Part shown: piece by piece, positions 1 through 9,020 of the stretch
Layout of the letters: each line of letters opens with the position of its first letter
Numbering within the stretch: the first letter of the stretch is position 1
NCBI RefSeq assembly: GCF_000195755.1
Contig: NC_002937.3
Span: 3,180,001 to 3,212,000 of the forward strand
From: Nitratidesulfovibrio vulgaris str. Hildenborough
GTDB taxonomy: Bacteria; Desulfobacterota; Desulfovibrionia; Desulfovibrionales; Desulfovibrionaceae
Direction of reading: 5' to 3'
Length of the DNA: 32,000 nucleotides
Made by a program: the position numbers and the translations under genes
Notes under the pieces: generated by a model
Databases searched by the model: none
What the model saw: only the letters and a program-made list of their open reading frames with translations
What the model was told of the DNA's origin: nothing

Positions 1-364
1 CTCCGGTATGTTCGGGCCGCGAAGCGCATCCTGCACGTCTCACGGCAGGCCGGCGGGCTTGGTATCGGGATGGAGGCCCCGAAGGGCGTACACGGGAAGC
101 GACCACGAAGGCATGAATGTGGTGCATCCCCGTTCCGTGCGAGGCGCGGCATGGCCGCAGTATCTGTTATGGCACCTGTGCCGTACAGACAGCCGCGCCC
201 GCTGTCAAGAACGCTCGCGGCACACGGTGTCAGCCGATTATCACCGCATCCTTTGCGCCTCTTCCCGGTTTCTGTTGCATTTTTCCGTAAAACCCGTTTT
301 GATACGCTCTCGGCACGTCTTCCACGACGCGCCCCGAAGAGTTTTCGAGCAGGATTTCCGCCCC

Positions 365-1459
365 ATGACCTATGCCTACGTGTTCGGCCCCGTCGCGTCG
401 AGCCGCCTTGGACGTTCCCTTGGCCTCGACCTGCTGGGCAGACGCATCTGCTCCATGGACTGTCTCTACTGTGAGGTAGGCAGTACCGATACGCTCACCA
501 CCGAACGCGCACCGTGGGTGCCTGCCGACGTGCTGCTGGGCGAGCTTGCACAATGGGCAGCTGAACATCCTGAACGTCCCGACCACCTCACGCTGGGCGG
601 TTCGGGAGAACCCTGCCTGAACAGCGACCTCGCGACCATCATCGCGGGGTGCCGCCGCATCATGCCGGGTGTGCCCGTGGCCGTGCTCACCAATGCCACC
701 CTGCTGGACAGGGCCGACGTGCGGGCCGACCTTGCCAGCGCAGACGTGGTGCTGCCGTCGCTCGACTCGCTCGTGGAGAGCGAATTCCGGCGCATCAACC
801 GCACCTGTGGGGGCATCACGGCCCATGCCGTCGCCGGGGGCATACTCGATTTCGCGAGAGACTTCAGCGGACGCATCTGGCTGGAGGTGCTACTTCTGCA
901 GGGCGTGAACGACACGCCCGAGAACCTTGCACTGCTCACCGATTTTGTCCGTGAACTCGCACCGGACAGGGTGGACGTGACCACCCTCTCACGCCCCGGC
1001 ACTTGGCCGGGGGCCCGCCCCGCCGACCGGGAGACGCTGGCCGCATGGCGCACGGCGCTGAACGCCGCCGCAAGGCCCGCAGGTGGACACGCGGCCCCCG
1101 CTGCCGCAGCCCCATCCCTGACCGGAAGGGCTGCGCCCGATGCGCCATCCACGGGGCCGTCGTCTGCGGATGCAGGTCATGCCGGGGGGCTGACGCCCGA
1201 TGGCATGCCCCGCATCACGAACGGTGCCACAACGGGTACCGGGCCTGATGTCGCGACGGACGTGGTCGAATCGCTACGCCGCCGCCCGCAGACAGTGGGC
1301 CAGCTGGCGCAGGCCCTCGCCCGGCCCGAAGACGCTCTTCGCGCCGAGGTGGAGACACTGGCACGGGCAGGACGCATCCGCCCCGTGACAGACGGTCTCA
1401 CCCACTCCGCATCCGGCGAGGTCTTCTGGACCGCCCGCCACGCGGAAACCGGGGAATAG
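365..1459 (+). CDS. Radical SAM protein (COG0731-like Fe-S oxidoreductase family) with Ala/Pro-rich linker and C-terminal winged-helix-like tail
   Basis: ORF 8..1459 trimmed to ATG 365, where the family-typical N-terminus begins (MTYAYVFGPVASSRLGRSLGLDL). CxxxCxxC cluster motif CSMDCLYC and glycine-rich GGSGEP motif. The translation upstream of 365 is Arg/Trp/Cys-rich and not protein-like. Confidence 0.8.
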   Translation: MTYAYVFGPVASSRLGRSLGLDLLGRRICSMDCLYCEVGSTDTLTTERAPWVPADVLLGELAQWAAEHPERPDHLTLGGSGEPCLNSDLATIIAGCRRIMPGVPVAVLTNATLLDRADVRADLASADVVLPSLDSLVESEFRRINRTCGGITAHAVAGGILDFARDFSGRIWLEVLLLQGVNDTPENLALLTDFVRELAPDRVDVTTLSRPGTWPGARPADRETLAAWRTALNAAARPAGGHAAPAAAAPSLTGRAAPDAPSTGPSSADAGHAGGLTPDGMPRITNGATTGTGPDVATDVVESLRRRPQTVGQLAQALARPEDALRAEVETLARAGRIRPVTDGLTHSASGEVFWTARHAETGE

Positions 1460-1504
1460 CCCCGCAAATTTCAGACATTTCTTACAACTTTCTTCGAGGA
1501 ACGC

Positions 1505-2974
1505 ATGACAACAGCAAAGAAGGGCAAGCGCAAGATGTACATCAGCGTGCTGCCGGGAGAACAGGTCGAAGTGGCCCTCTCCGAGGACGGCGCCGTCACG
1601 GAATACTACGTGGAGATGCTGCATCAGGCCAAGACCAAGGGTAACATCTACAAGGGTGTCATCAACAACATCGACACCAACCTGCAAGCCGCCTTCGTCA
1701 ACTACGGGGCCGAAAAGAACGGCTTTCTCCAGATAGACGAGGTGCACCCCGAATACTACATCTCGCCGCACGACCCCACCAAGGGCAAGAAGTACCCGCT
1801 CATGCAGAAGGTTCTGAAGGCGGGTCAGGAAGTGCTTGTGCAGGTTGTGAAAGAACCCACCGGGAACAAGGGCGCCTTTCTCACTTCGTATCTTTCGCTG
1901 CCGGGCCGCTTTCTCGTGCTCACGCCGGGGCGCGAACAGATTGGCGTCTCCCGCAAGGTCGAGGACGACGAGGAACGCAGCCGCCTGCGCGAGATGCTTG
2001 AGGGCCTCAGCGCCGGGCCGGGCCTTGGCGTCATCGTCCGCACCGTGAGTGCCGGTACCAGCAAGACGACCCTGCAGCGCGACCTGCAATTCCTCAAGCG
2101 CCTGTGGAAAGACGTCCGCAAGAAGGGCACCACCGAGCAGACCCCTTGCCAGATTTATCAGGAGCCCGACCTCGCCACCCGTTCGGTGCGCGACTACCTC
2201 ACCGACGACGTGTCCGAGGTATGGGTCGACGACGCGGCCACGGCCGAACTCATCCGCGAATTCGTCACGCTGGTGTTCCCCCGCAAGGCCAGCCTCGTGA
2301 AACTGCATACCGACCCCGAACGCACCCTGTGGGAACGGTTCGGCATCCGGAAGCAACTCGACCAGATCTACTCGCGCGAGGTCATCCTGCCTTCGGGCGG
2401 GCGTCTCGTCTTCGACCAGACCGAAGCGCTCATGGCCATCGACATCAACTCCGGCAAGATCGCGGGCAAGACCAACTTCGAGTCCATGGCCCTCAAGACC
2501 AATACCGAAGCCGCAGAATCCATCGCCCAGCAGTTGCGCCTGCGCGACATCGGCGGGCAGGTGGTGATCGACTTCATCGAGATGCGCGACCACAACCACT
2601 GGCGCGAGGTGGAAAAGACCCTGCGCAACGCCATGAAGGGCGACCGCGCCCGGCATGACGTGGGCAAGATGAGCCGCTTCGGCCTGCTGCAGGTGGTGCG
2701 CCAGCGCACGGGCTCGTCGGCGCTCTCCATCACCATGGAGGCGTGCCCCTGCTGCCGCGGGTCGGGCCTGCGCCGCAACATGGAGTGGCAGTCGCTTCAG
2801 GCATTGCGCGAACTGCACCGCCAGTTGCGTGCCCTGCCTCAGGGACAGTGCGTGCATGTGTTCGAGACATCACCGGAACTGGCCTTCTACCTCCTCAACC
2901 ACAAGCGCGAACGGCTGCTCGAACTCGAGCGCCGCTTCAACCTGCGTCTTGAGGTGAGGCCCACCGGAAAGTAG
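1505..2974 (+). CDS. rng: Ribonuclease G/E family endoribonuclease (RNase G-like)
   Basis: 489-aa ORF with an N-terminal S1 domain (GNIYKGVINNIDTNLQAAFVNYG) and RNase E/G catalytic core (LMAIDINSGK, QVVIDFIEM). GAGGAA lies just upstream of ATG 1505. Confidence 0.9.
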   Translation: MTTAKKGKRKMYISVLPGEQVEVALSEDGAVTEYYVEMLHQAKTKGNIYKGVINNIDTNLQAAFVNYGAEKNGFLQIDEVHPEYYISPHDPTKGKKYPLMQKVLKAGQEVLVQVVKEPTGNKGAFLTSYLSLPGRFLVLTPGREQIGVSRKVEDDEERSRLREMLEGLSAGPGLGVIVRTVSAGTSKTTLQRDLQFLKRLWKDVRKKGTTEQTPCQIYQEPDLATRSVRDYLTDDVSEVWVDDAATAELIREFVTLVFPRKASLVKLHTDPERTLWERFGIRKQLDQIYSREVILPSGGRLVFDQTEALMAIDINSGKIAGKTNFESMALKTNTEAAESIAQQLRLRDIGGQVVIDFIEMRDHNHWREVEKTLRNAMKGDRARHDVGKMSRFGLLQVVRQRTGSSALSITMEACPCCRGSGLRRNMEWQSLQALRELHRQLRALPQGQCVHVFETSPELAFYLLNHKRERLLELERRFNLRLEVRPTGK

Positions 2975-2976
2975 CC

Positions 2977-3630
2977 ATGTCCCGCCTTCTCCTGCATGTG
3001 TGCTGCGGCCCGTGCAGCATCGCCACCGTGCGTATGCTGCGTGACGAGGGGTATGAGGTGACGGGGCTTTTCGTGAACCCCAACATCCATCCGCTACAGG
3101 AATACCTGAAGCGGCGCGAAGCCATGCAGGAGACGGCGGCACGTCTCGACCTGCCCATGATATGGCGGGACGACGTCTACGATGTGCCCGCATGGCTGCG
3201 CGGCATGGCATGGCGTGAAGCCCCGGAGACGCGCTGCCGCATCTGCTACGCGACCCGCATCGAGACCACCCTTGCCGTTGCGCGGCACGGGGGCTTCGAT
3301 GCCTTCTCCACCACCCTTCTCTATTCGCGGCATCAGCGCCACGAAACCATCCGCGAGGTATGCGAGGGTGCGGCGGCAGACGGCCCCGTGTCTTTCGTGT
3401 ACCGCGACTTCCGTACCGGATGGCAGGAGGGCATAGACACCTCGCGCGGGTGGGGCATATACCGGCAACAGTGGTGCGGTTGCATCTACAGCGAGAATGA
3501 ACGCCATGCCGCCGACTTCTCGAAGGCCACGGGCAGAAGGCCCGACTCCCGGCGCCGTGCCGAAGGCCCGGTGTCGTCGCCGCCCTCCGGTGGCGGCAGG
3601 ACCGGGCGAAGCCCGGCACAGCGCGGGTAG
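2977..3630 (+). CDS. queH: Epoxyqueuosine reductase QueH (DUF208)
   Basis: Signature cysteines of QueH: LLLHVCCGPCS, RCRICY, YRQQWCGCIYSE. The ATG lies 2 nt after the rng stop. Confidence 0.85.
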   Translation: MSRLLLHVCCGPCSIATVRMLRDEGYEVTGLFVNPNIHPLQEYLKRREAMQETAARLDLPMIWRDDVYDVPAWLRGMAWREAPETRCRICYATRIETTLAVARHGGFDAFSTTLLYSRHQRHETIREVCEGAAADGPVSFVYRDFRTGWQEGIDTSRGWGIYRQQWCGCIYSENERHAADFSKATGRRPDSRRRAEGPVSSPPSGGGRTGRSPAQRG

Positions 3631-3674
3631 ACACCCGTGAAAGCCCCGCCAGGGCGGGCCCAACCGGGGGCACA

Positions 3675-5168
3675 GTGCTGCTCTACATCCATGTGCCTTT
3701 CTGCCGCCGCAAGTGCCGCTACTGCGCCTTCCACTCGCTTCCCCTCATCGGTGAAGGCGGCACTTCCCCTGCGCCCGAGGCACTCCAGACGCCCCATGCC
3801 GACACGGCCATTACCGCAGGGCCGACAGCAGCCAGTACCGCCCTTGCCGGTGTTGCCCCTGTAACGCCTTCCGCGCAAGCCATCTCCGGGCAGGACGGGC
3901 ACACGTCCACGAAGGGACATGGCGTCCCGCCCGAGTCCCCACCCGGCCCCACGGCCAATGCCGCTGGCATGTCAGGCGGCATCGCGGGCATCGTCGACCG
4001 TGCGGGCGGTGCCATGCGCTCATGCACGCCCGCCGAAGCGCTTCCGGCCTATGTCGAAACGCTGTTCTCCGAACTTGCCCTGTGGGGTGACAGACTCGGC
4101 AACGCCACGGTGGAGACCATCTTCTTCGGGGGCGGCACGCCCAGCCTGCTGCCGCCCCATGTCGTCGCCGCCATCCTCGACCGGGTGCACCGCACCTTTT
4201 CGGTGGCACCGGGGGCGGAAATCAGCCTCGAAGCCAACCCCGAATCGCTGTCGAACAGACAACAGGCCCGGGGCCTGTACGACGCGGGGGTCAACCGTCT
4301 GTCTCTCGGGGTTCAGGCCCTCGATGACGCGTTGCTCCACCTCATGGGCCGTCCGCACCGGGCGCGCGACGCCATCCGTGCCTTCAACGCCGCACGCGAC
4401 GCAGGGTTCACCAACATCAGCCTCGACTTCATCTGGGGGCTTCCGGGGCAACGCCTGCGCCAGTGGCTCGACCAGCTGCGCGAGGTCGTCCGCCTGCGGC
4501 CTGAACACCTGTCATGCTATGGACTCACCCTCGAAGAGGGGACGCCGCTCACTGCCGACGTGGAGTCGGGCAGCATCGCCCTGCCCGTGGAGCGCGAGCA
4601 GGCAGCCATGTTCATGCAAGGGGCAGAACGGCTTGAAGAGGCCGGCTACCTGCAATACGAGATTTCCAACTTCGCGCGCATGGGCTTCCAGTGCCACCAC
4701 AACCTCGGCTACTGGGAAGGACGCGACTATCTGGGCCTCGGGCCCTCGGCCACATCGACCATCGACGGCCTGCGCTGGACGAATCCCTACGACCATGGCG
4801 CATGGCACGAGTCCGTGCGCACCGGGCGCATAGGTGCCGACGCGGAACGCCTCGACCTCACCGTGCGGGTGCTCGAACTCGTCATGCTGCGGTTGCGCAC
4901 GACCCGCGGCCTGCGCGTGAAGGCCTACCGCGAGCTCACGGGCCGCGACTTTCTGCGCGACCACAAGCCGCTGGTGCATCTGCTGCACCGCAACGGGCTT
5001 GTCCGCATCCGTGACGGCTACCTGCGCCTCACCCGCAACGGCATGCTCGTCTCCAACAGCATCCTCGAACGGTTCTTCGAGCGCTCCGAGACATTGCTCA
5101 CGCTCGAATCCACAGAGAAGACGCACGAGACGCGGATGGCAGGCCCCATCAGCGGGGACACCCCATGA
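3675..5168 (+). CDS. hemW: HemW-like radical SAM heme chaperone (oxygen-independent coproporphyrinogen III oxidase family)
   Basis: N-terminal LYIHVPFCRRKCRYCAFHS radical SAM motif, HemN-type core (IFFGGGTPSLL, SLEANPES, NRLSLGVQ) and HemN_C-like C-terminus. GTG start with GGGGG 5 nt upstream. Carries a ~95-aa low-complexity insert after the cluster motif. Confidence 0.85.
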   Translation: MLLYIHVPFCRRKCRYCAFHSLPLIGEGGTSPAPEALQTPHADTAITAGPTAASTALAGVAPVTPSAQAISGQDGHTSTKGHGVPPESPPGPTANAAGMSGGIAGIVDRAGGAMRSCTPAEALPAYVETLFSELALWGDRLGNATVETIFFGGGTPSLLPPHVVAAILDRVHRTFSVAPGAEISLEANPESLSNRQQARGLYDAGVNRLSLGVQALDDALLHLMGRPHRARDAIRAFNAARDAGFTNISLDFIWGLPGQRLRQWLDQLREVVRLRPEHLSCYGLTLEEGTPLTADVESGSIALPVEREQAAMFMQGAERLEEAGYLQYEISNFARMGFQCHHNLGYWEGRDYLGLGPSATSTIDGLRWTNPYDHGAWHESVRTGRIGADAERLDLTVRVLELVMLRLRTTRGLRVKAYRELTGRDFLRDHKPLVHLLHRNGLVRIRDGYLRLTRNGMLVSNSILERFFERSETLLTLESTEKTHETRMAGPISGDTP

Positions 5169-8100
5169 TAGGGCAGGCGGACAAGGCCCATGGCCGACAG
5201 GGCCGGGCATCATCGCTGGCGCAAGGGCTGGCCTCCCTGCGCGCCCTCGGTCTGCTGCCCTTCGCCATCGCGCTTTCCATCCTGCTGCTGGGCATCAGCA
5301 CGGCACGGCATATCCATGTCCGCTACATCGAAAACCTCGAGACGCAACACCGCAGGCTTGAATCCACGGCTACCCTTTTCTCGGAACGCCTGACCGCCAT
5401 CCTGCGCGGCCCCGAGACGACGCTCGCGTTCTACGCAGCCTCGCACATAGCCCACCCCGACATGATGCCTCCCGGCTTCGGAGAGGACATCCCCCTCTGG
5501 CTGGAAGGGTTCGACGGCTTCATGCTGCTTGACGCCTCCTGCACGACCATCGCAACGCCCACACGACCGTTCCCCGACGCCGTCCGTCTCAAGACGATGC
5601 ACCTGTGCCGCACCCTGCTCAACGACAAGGACAGCCCGGCCCTCATCAGACCGGATGCGGAAGCCACGGAAGGCCGGCTCATCCTCGCGCGGCGTCTCGT
5701 CAACGCCGACGGGGTGTTCGATGGCATCATCACCGCCATCATGACCCCCGGGCACATGCGCAGCCCCCTTGCCACGGGCGGCGGCCCCCCCGTCAAGACC
5801 GTGGCGGACGTGCTGTCCCTCGTGGACATCGACGACACGCCCCTTGCCACCTGGCAACGGGCAGGCGGCCCCGAAGTCCAAGGCGTCCTGCCCGCCCGCG
5901 TCTCCCGTCAGGGCACCAGCGGGCCCGGACCATCGCGTCAGCCCCTCATCACGCATCGGCATGACATCCCCGGCTATCCACTTCGCATCGTCGTGGGGGT
6001 GACCACCGACAGGGCTCTCGCCGAATGGCGCGAACAGAGTCTGCGTCAGGGCCTCGCGGCGGCAGCCATCTCCTTCGCCATCGCCGCCCTCGGCCTGCTG
6101 GCACTGCGCCAGAAGCGTCGCAGGCTTGTGACAGAACGCGCCCTCGCCGAGAGCGAACGTCGCTATCGCGTGCTCGTCGAGAACTTTCCGGAAAGCGCCG
6201 TCATGCTCTTCAGCGACGACAAGCGCTGCATGCTCGCCGACGGTGCGGGGCTTGCCGCCATGGGCATCACCGCCAACAGTGCGATCGGGCGCAGCCCACA
6301 GGAGTTGCTGCCGACCCATGCCGCGCCCCCGCTTGCGGAAGCCATCGACAACGCGCTGGCGGGAGACGTCTGGCGAGGTTCGTTCATTCTCGGCGAACGC
6401 CTCATCGAACTGCATGTATCGCCGATGCCGCCCCTCACCGAAGAGGAGTCCTCTTACTGTCTCGCCGTCCTGCGCGACGCCACCGAAGCCGAACGCATAC
6501 GCCGCGAGTTGCGTGACAGCGCATACCGGCTCAACGAGGCGCAACGAATCGCCAGACTGGGCTCGTTCGAAGCCAACTTCGTCACCGGAGACTGCGTTTG
6601 GTCACACGAGTTGCTTCGCCTCGTCGGCCTCTCCCCGGACGACGCACCGGCTTCGCTGGAATCGTTCTTCGAGCGCTTCGCACCGGAGCAACGTGCATGG
6701 CTCGAGACGCTCCTGCACGGCCCCATGCAAGGCCCGCTTGCCGTCATCGAGCACAGCTTCCCGTTTCGCACGGCGGACGACAGAAACCGCCATGGGCGAC
6801 TGCACCTGCATTTCCATCGCGGCGAAAGCGGGATGCCCGCCATCGGTTACGGGACCATGCAGGACATCACGGAACTGCATGAGGCGACCATCGCGCTCAA
6901 ACGAAGCGAGGCCGACCTCAACGAGGCTCTGCACATCGCGCAGATGGCCTCCATCACGCACGAACACGGCACGGGAACCACGCGCATCTCATCCACCCTG
7001 CTCCATCTTCTCCACGCAGAGGGAACAGGCCGCCCCACCGTCGAGCTCCTTCGCCAATACATGCCGTCTCTCCTCCCACTCGTACGCGACGGCGTCGCCC
7101 CTCCACAGCATCACCAGCCACCTGCCGGGGACGGCTATCGCACCGTCATCCCCTTCACGACAGTCAGCGGCGAACAACGGCACGGCCAGTTGCACCTGCG
7201 CACCCTGCGTGACGTGTCGGGCAACGCCGTCGTCACCCGTGGCGCCATGCAGGACGTAACCTACCGGGTCAGCATCGAGAACGCCCTGCGCAGGAGCGAG
7301 TCGTCATACCGGGCGCTTGCCGACAACCTCCCCAACGGCGTCGTTCTGCTCGTCGACCCCGCAGACATCCTGCGGGTCGCGGCCGGGCAGGGACTGCACT
7401 CGCTGCTGGACTCCGGGGCCCCTTGCATACCGGCACCGTACACGACCATCCTCCCGTCGCCCCTTGCCACCGAACTGATGCCGCTCATCATGTCGGCCCG
7501 TCACGGGACGACCGCCCACAGGGAGATTCCCTACGGGGCCGCCGTCTTCGATGTGGTCGCCCTGCCGCTGCCCGGCGAGACCCACCGCACGGAAGGAGTG
7601 GCCCACGATGTCATGCTGCTTCTTCAGGATGTGACCAGCCGGAAACAGTGGGAGGAGCAGATGCGGGCTTCACGCGACGAGGCCGCAGCCATGAGCGAAC
7701 TGAAATCGCAGTTCGTCGCCAACATCAGCCACGAGATGCGCACGCCGCTTTCAGGCATCCTCGGCATCGCCGACGTGGCCCTCACCACCGAGGGCAACCC
7801 CGCGTTGCTGCGCAACTATTTCAGCATGGTGCAGAACGTCGCGGAAGGCCTTCTGGGCGTCATCAACGACCTGCTGGACTTCTCACGGCTTGAAGCGGGC
7901 CGGATGCCGCTCGACAAGGTCGAATACGACCTGCACACCACCGTGCGGGACGCGCTGGCGCCTCTTGCCATGCAAGCCGAACGCAAGGGGCTGGCGCTTG
8001 AACTGCATATGCAGAACGGACTTCCGCTCACCCTGCGCGGCGACCCGCTTCGGCTACGCCAGATACTGGTCAACCTTGTGGGCAACGCGGTGAAGTTCAC

Positions 8101-8836
8101 GCCGCAGGGCACGGTGCACGTGGATGTCAGCACCGGAGACGGGGTGACCCATGACCGGGAATGCCTCGTCTTCACCATAGAGGACACCGGCCCCGGCATC
8201 CCGCACGAGAAGCTGGCCCACATCTTCGAGAGCTTCGCACAGGCCGACGGGTCGTATTCCCGCCAGCACACGGGTAGCGGTCTGGGCCTTGCCATCTCGC
8301 GTCATCTCGTCGAACTGCAGGGCGGGGATATCGGAGTGCAGAGCACACCGGGTGAAGGGAGCGTCTTCTGGTTCACACTGCCGCTTGGCGACATCCACCC
8401 GGCACGTCGCACACAACGGCAACGTGTCGACCTCGACACCCGCACGCCGACGACGCCGTTGCGCATCCTTCTTGCGGAAGACAACGAGTTGAACCGCGAA
8501 TTCCTCACCATCTTCCTCGAAGAAGGCGGTCACTCGGTCGTCACCGCCTGCGACGGGTATGAAGTGCTCGACATCCTCCACCGCGAACACGTGGACCTCG
8601 TGCTCATGGACATCCAGATGCCGCGCATGAACGGCATGGAGGCGACACGCAGCATCCGCTCCTCGGGCGAGGCATGGAGCACTGTGCCCGTCATCGCCCT
8701 GACGGCGCACAGCATGGCGGGAGACAGGGACCGCTTCATCGCGGAGGGCATGAGCGACTTCGTGGGCAAGCCCGTCGACCGCAACGAACTCCATGCCGCC
8801 ATCGCGCGCAACACACGGCACATGGCAGACAAATGA
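5165..8836 (+). CDS. Hybrid sensor histidine kinase/response regulator (2 TM + periplasmic domain, about four PAS, HisKA, HATPase_c, receiver)
   Basis: 1223-aa ORF. H-box ISHEMRTPL, ATPase boxes (LVNLVGNAVKFT, DTGPGI, GSGLGLAIS), C-terminal receiver (ILLAEDNELN...DLVLMDIQMPRMNG). ATG 5165 overlaps the hemW stop (ATGA). Confidence 0.9.
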   Translation: MIGQADKAHGRQGRASSLAQGLASLRALGLLPFAIALSILLLGISTARHIHVRYIENLETQHRRLESTATLFSERLTAILRGPETTLAFYAASHIAHPDMMPPGFGEDIPLWLEGFDGFMLLDASCTTIATPTRPFPDAVRLKTMHLCRTLLNDKDSPALIRPDAEATEGRLILARRLVNADGVFDGIITAIMTPGHMRSPLATGGGPPVKTVADVLSLVDIDDTPLATWQRAGGPEVQGVLPARVSRQGTSGPGPSRQPLITHRHDIPGYPLRIVVGVTTDRALAEWREQSLRQGLAAAAISFAIAALGLLALRQKRRRLVTERALAESERRYRVLVENFPESAVMLFSDDKRCMLADGAGLAAMGITANSAIGRSPQELLPTHAAPPLAEAIDNALAGDVWRGSFILGERLIELHVSPMPPLTEEESSYCLAVLRDATEAERIRRELRDSAYRLNEAQRIARLGSFEANFVTGDCVWSHELLRLVGLSPDDAPASLESFFERFAPEQRAWLETLLHGPMQGPLAVIEHSFPFRTADDRNRHGRLHLHFHRGESGMPAIGYGTMQDITELHEATIALKRSEADLNEALHIAQMASITHEHGTGTTRISSTLLHLLHAEGTGRPTVELLRQYMPSLLPLVRDGVAPPQHHQPPAGDGYRTVIPFTTVSGEQRHGQLHLRTLRDVSGNAVVTRGAMQDVTYRVSIENALRRSESSYRALADNLPNGVVLLVDPADILRVAAGQGLHSLLDSGAPCIPAPYTTILPSPLATELMPLIMSARHGTTAHREIPYGAAVFDVVALPLPGETHRTEGVAHDVMLLLQDVTSRKQWEEQMRASRDEAAAMSELKSQFVANISHEMRTPLSGILGIADVALTTEGNPALLRNYFSMVQNVAEGLLGVINDLLDFSRLEAGRMPLDKVEYDLHTTVRDALAPLAMQAERKGLALELHMQNGLPLTLRGDPLRLRQILVNLVGNAVKFTPQGTVHVDVSTGDGVTHDRECLVFTIEDTGPGIPHEKLAHIFESFAQADGSYSRQHTGSGLGLAISRHLVELQGGDIGVQSTPGEGSVFWFTLPLGDIHPARRTQRQRVDLDTRTPTTPLRILLAEDNELNREFLTIFLEEGGHSVVTACDGYEVLDILHREHVDLVLMDIQMPRMNGMEATRSIRSSGEAWSTVPVIALTAHSMAGDRDRFIAEGMSDFVGKPVDRNELHAAIARNTRHMADK

Positions 8837-8918
8837 AGCTGCCCATTCAAGGGGGCACAACTTCTGACGTGCAGTGCTCCTTGCAGCCCTTCACGCATGC
8901 ACGGCCAACGCCAAACAT

Positions 8919-8949
8919 GAACGGCGCGGAACACAGTCCCGCGCCGTTC
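8919..8949. terminator. GC-rich hairpin between convergent kinase gene and ftsY (candidate bidirectional terminator)
   Basis: GAACGGCGCGG (8919-8929) pairs perfectly with CCGCGCCGTTC (8939-8949) around a 9-nt loop. Flanking T-runs are short on both strands. Confidence 0.5.
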
Positions 8950-9020
8950 GTCTTCTGCGAATGTCCTTGGGCAACCGTCCTTCCGTGACAGGCCCGTCGG
9001 AGATGACACCCTGAAAACGG

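Noticed and set aside
271-308. A possible sigma-70 promoter for the operon, with an extended -10-like TG-a-TACGCT at 300-308.
   Set aside because: There is no convincing -35 at the proper spacing. The match is too weak to call without 5'-end data.
8-364. The upstream part of ORF 8..1459. The frame is open from the window edge and has fairly high third-position GC, suggesting a longer radical SAM protein or a fused upstream gene.
   Set aside because: The translation (…RPRRAYTGSDHEGMNVVHPRSVRGAAWPQYLLWHLCRTDSRARCQ…) is not protein-like. The family N-terminus starts at 365, and 270-310 is an AT-richer promoter-like stretch. An upstream gene ending or starting in 1-120 cannot be excluded, but I cannot support one.
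1274-2857. A 527-aa ORF antisense to rng. Similar long antisense ORFs lie at 5210..6544, 9288..10529, 13172..14731, 17103..18581, 19121..20569, 21357..22268 and 25980..26867.
   Set aside because: Each lies entirely opposite a CDS with unambiguous family motifs. Their translations are Arg/Ala/Gly/His-rich with no recognisable domains. Such stop-free shadow frames are expected in GC-rich DNA.
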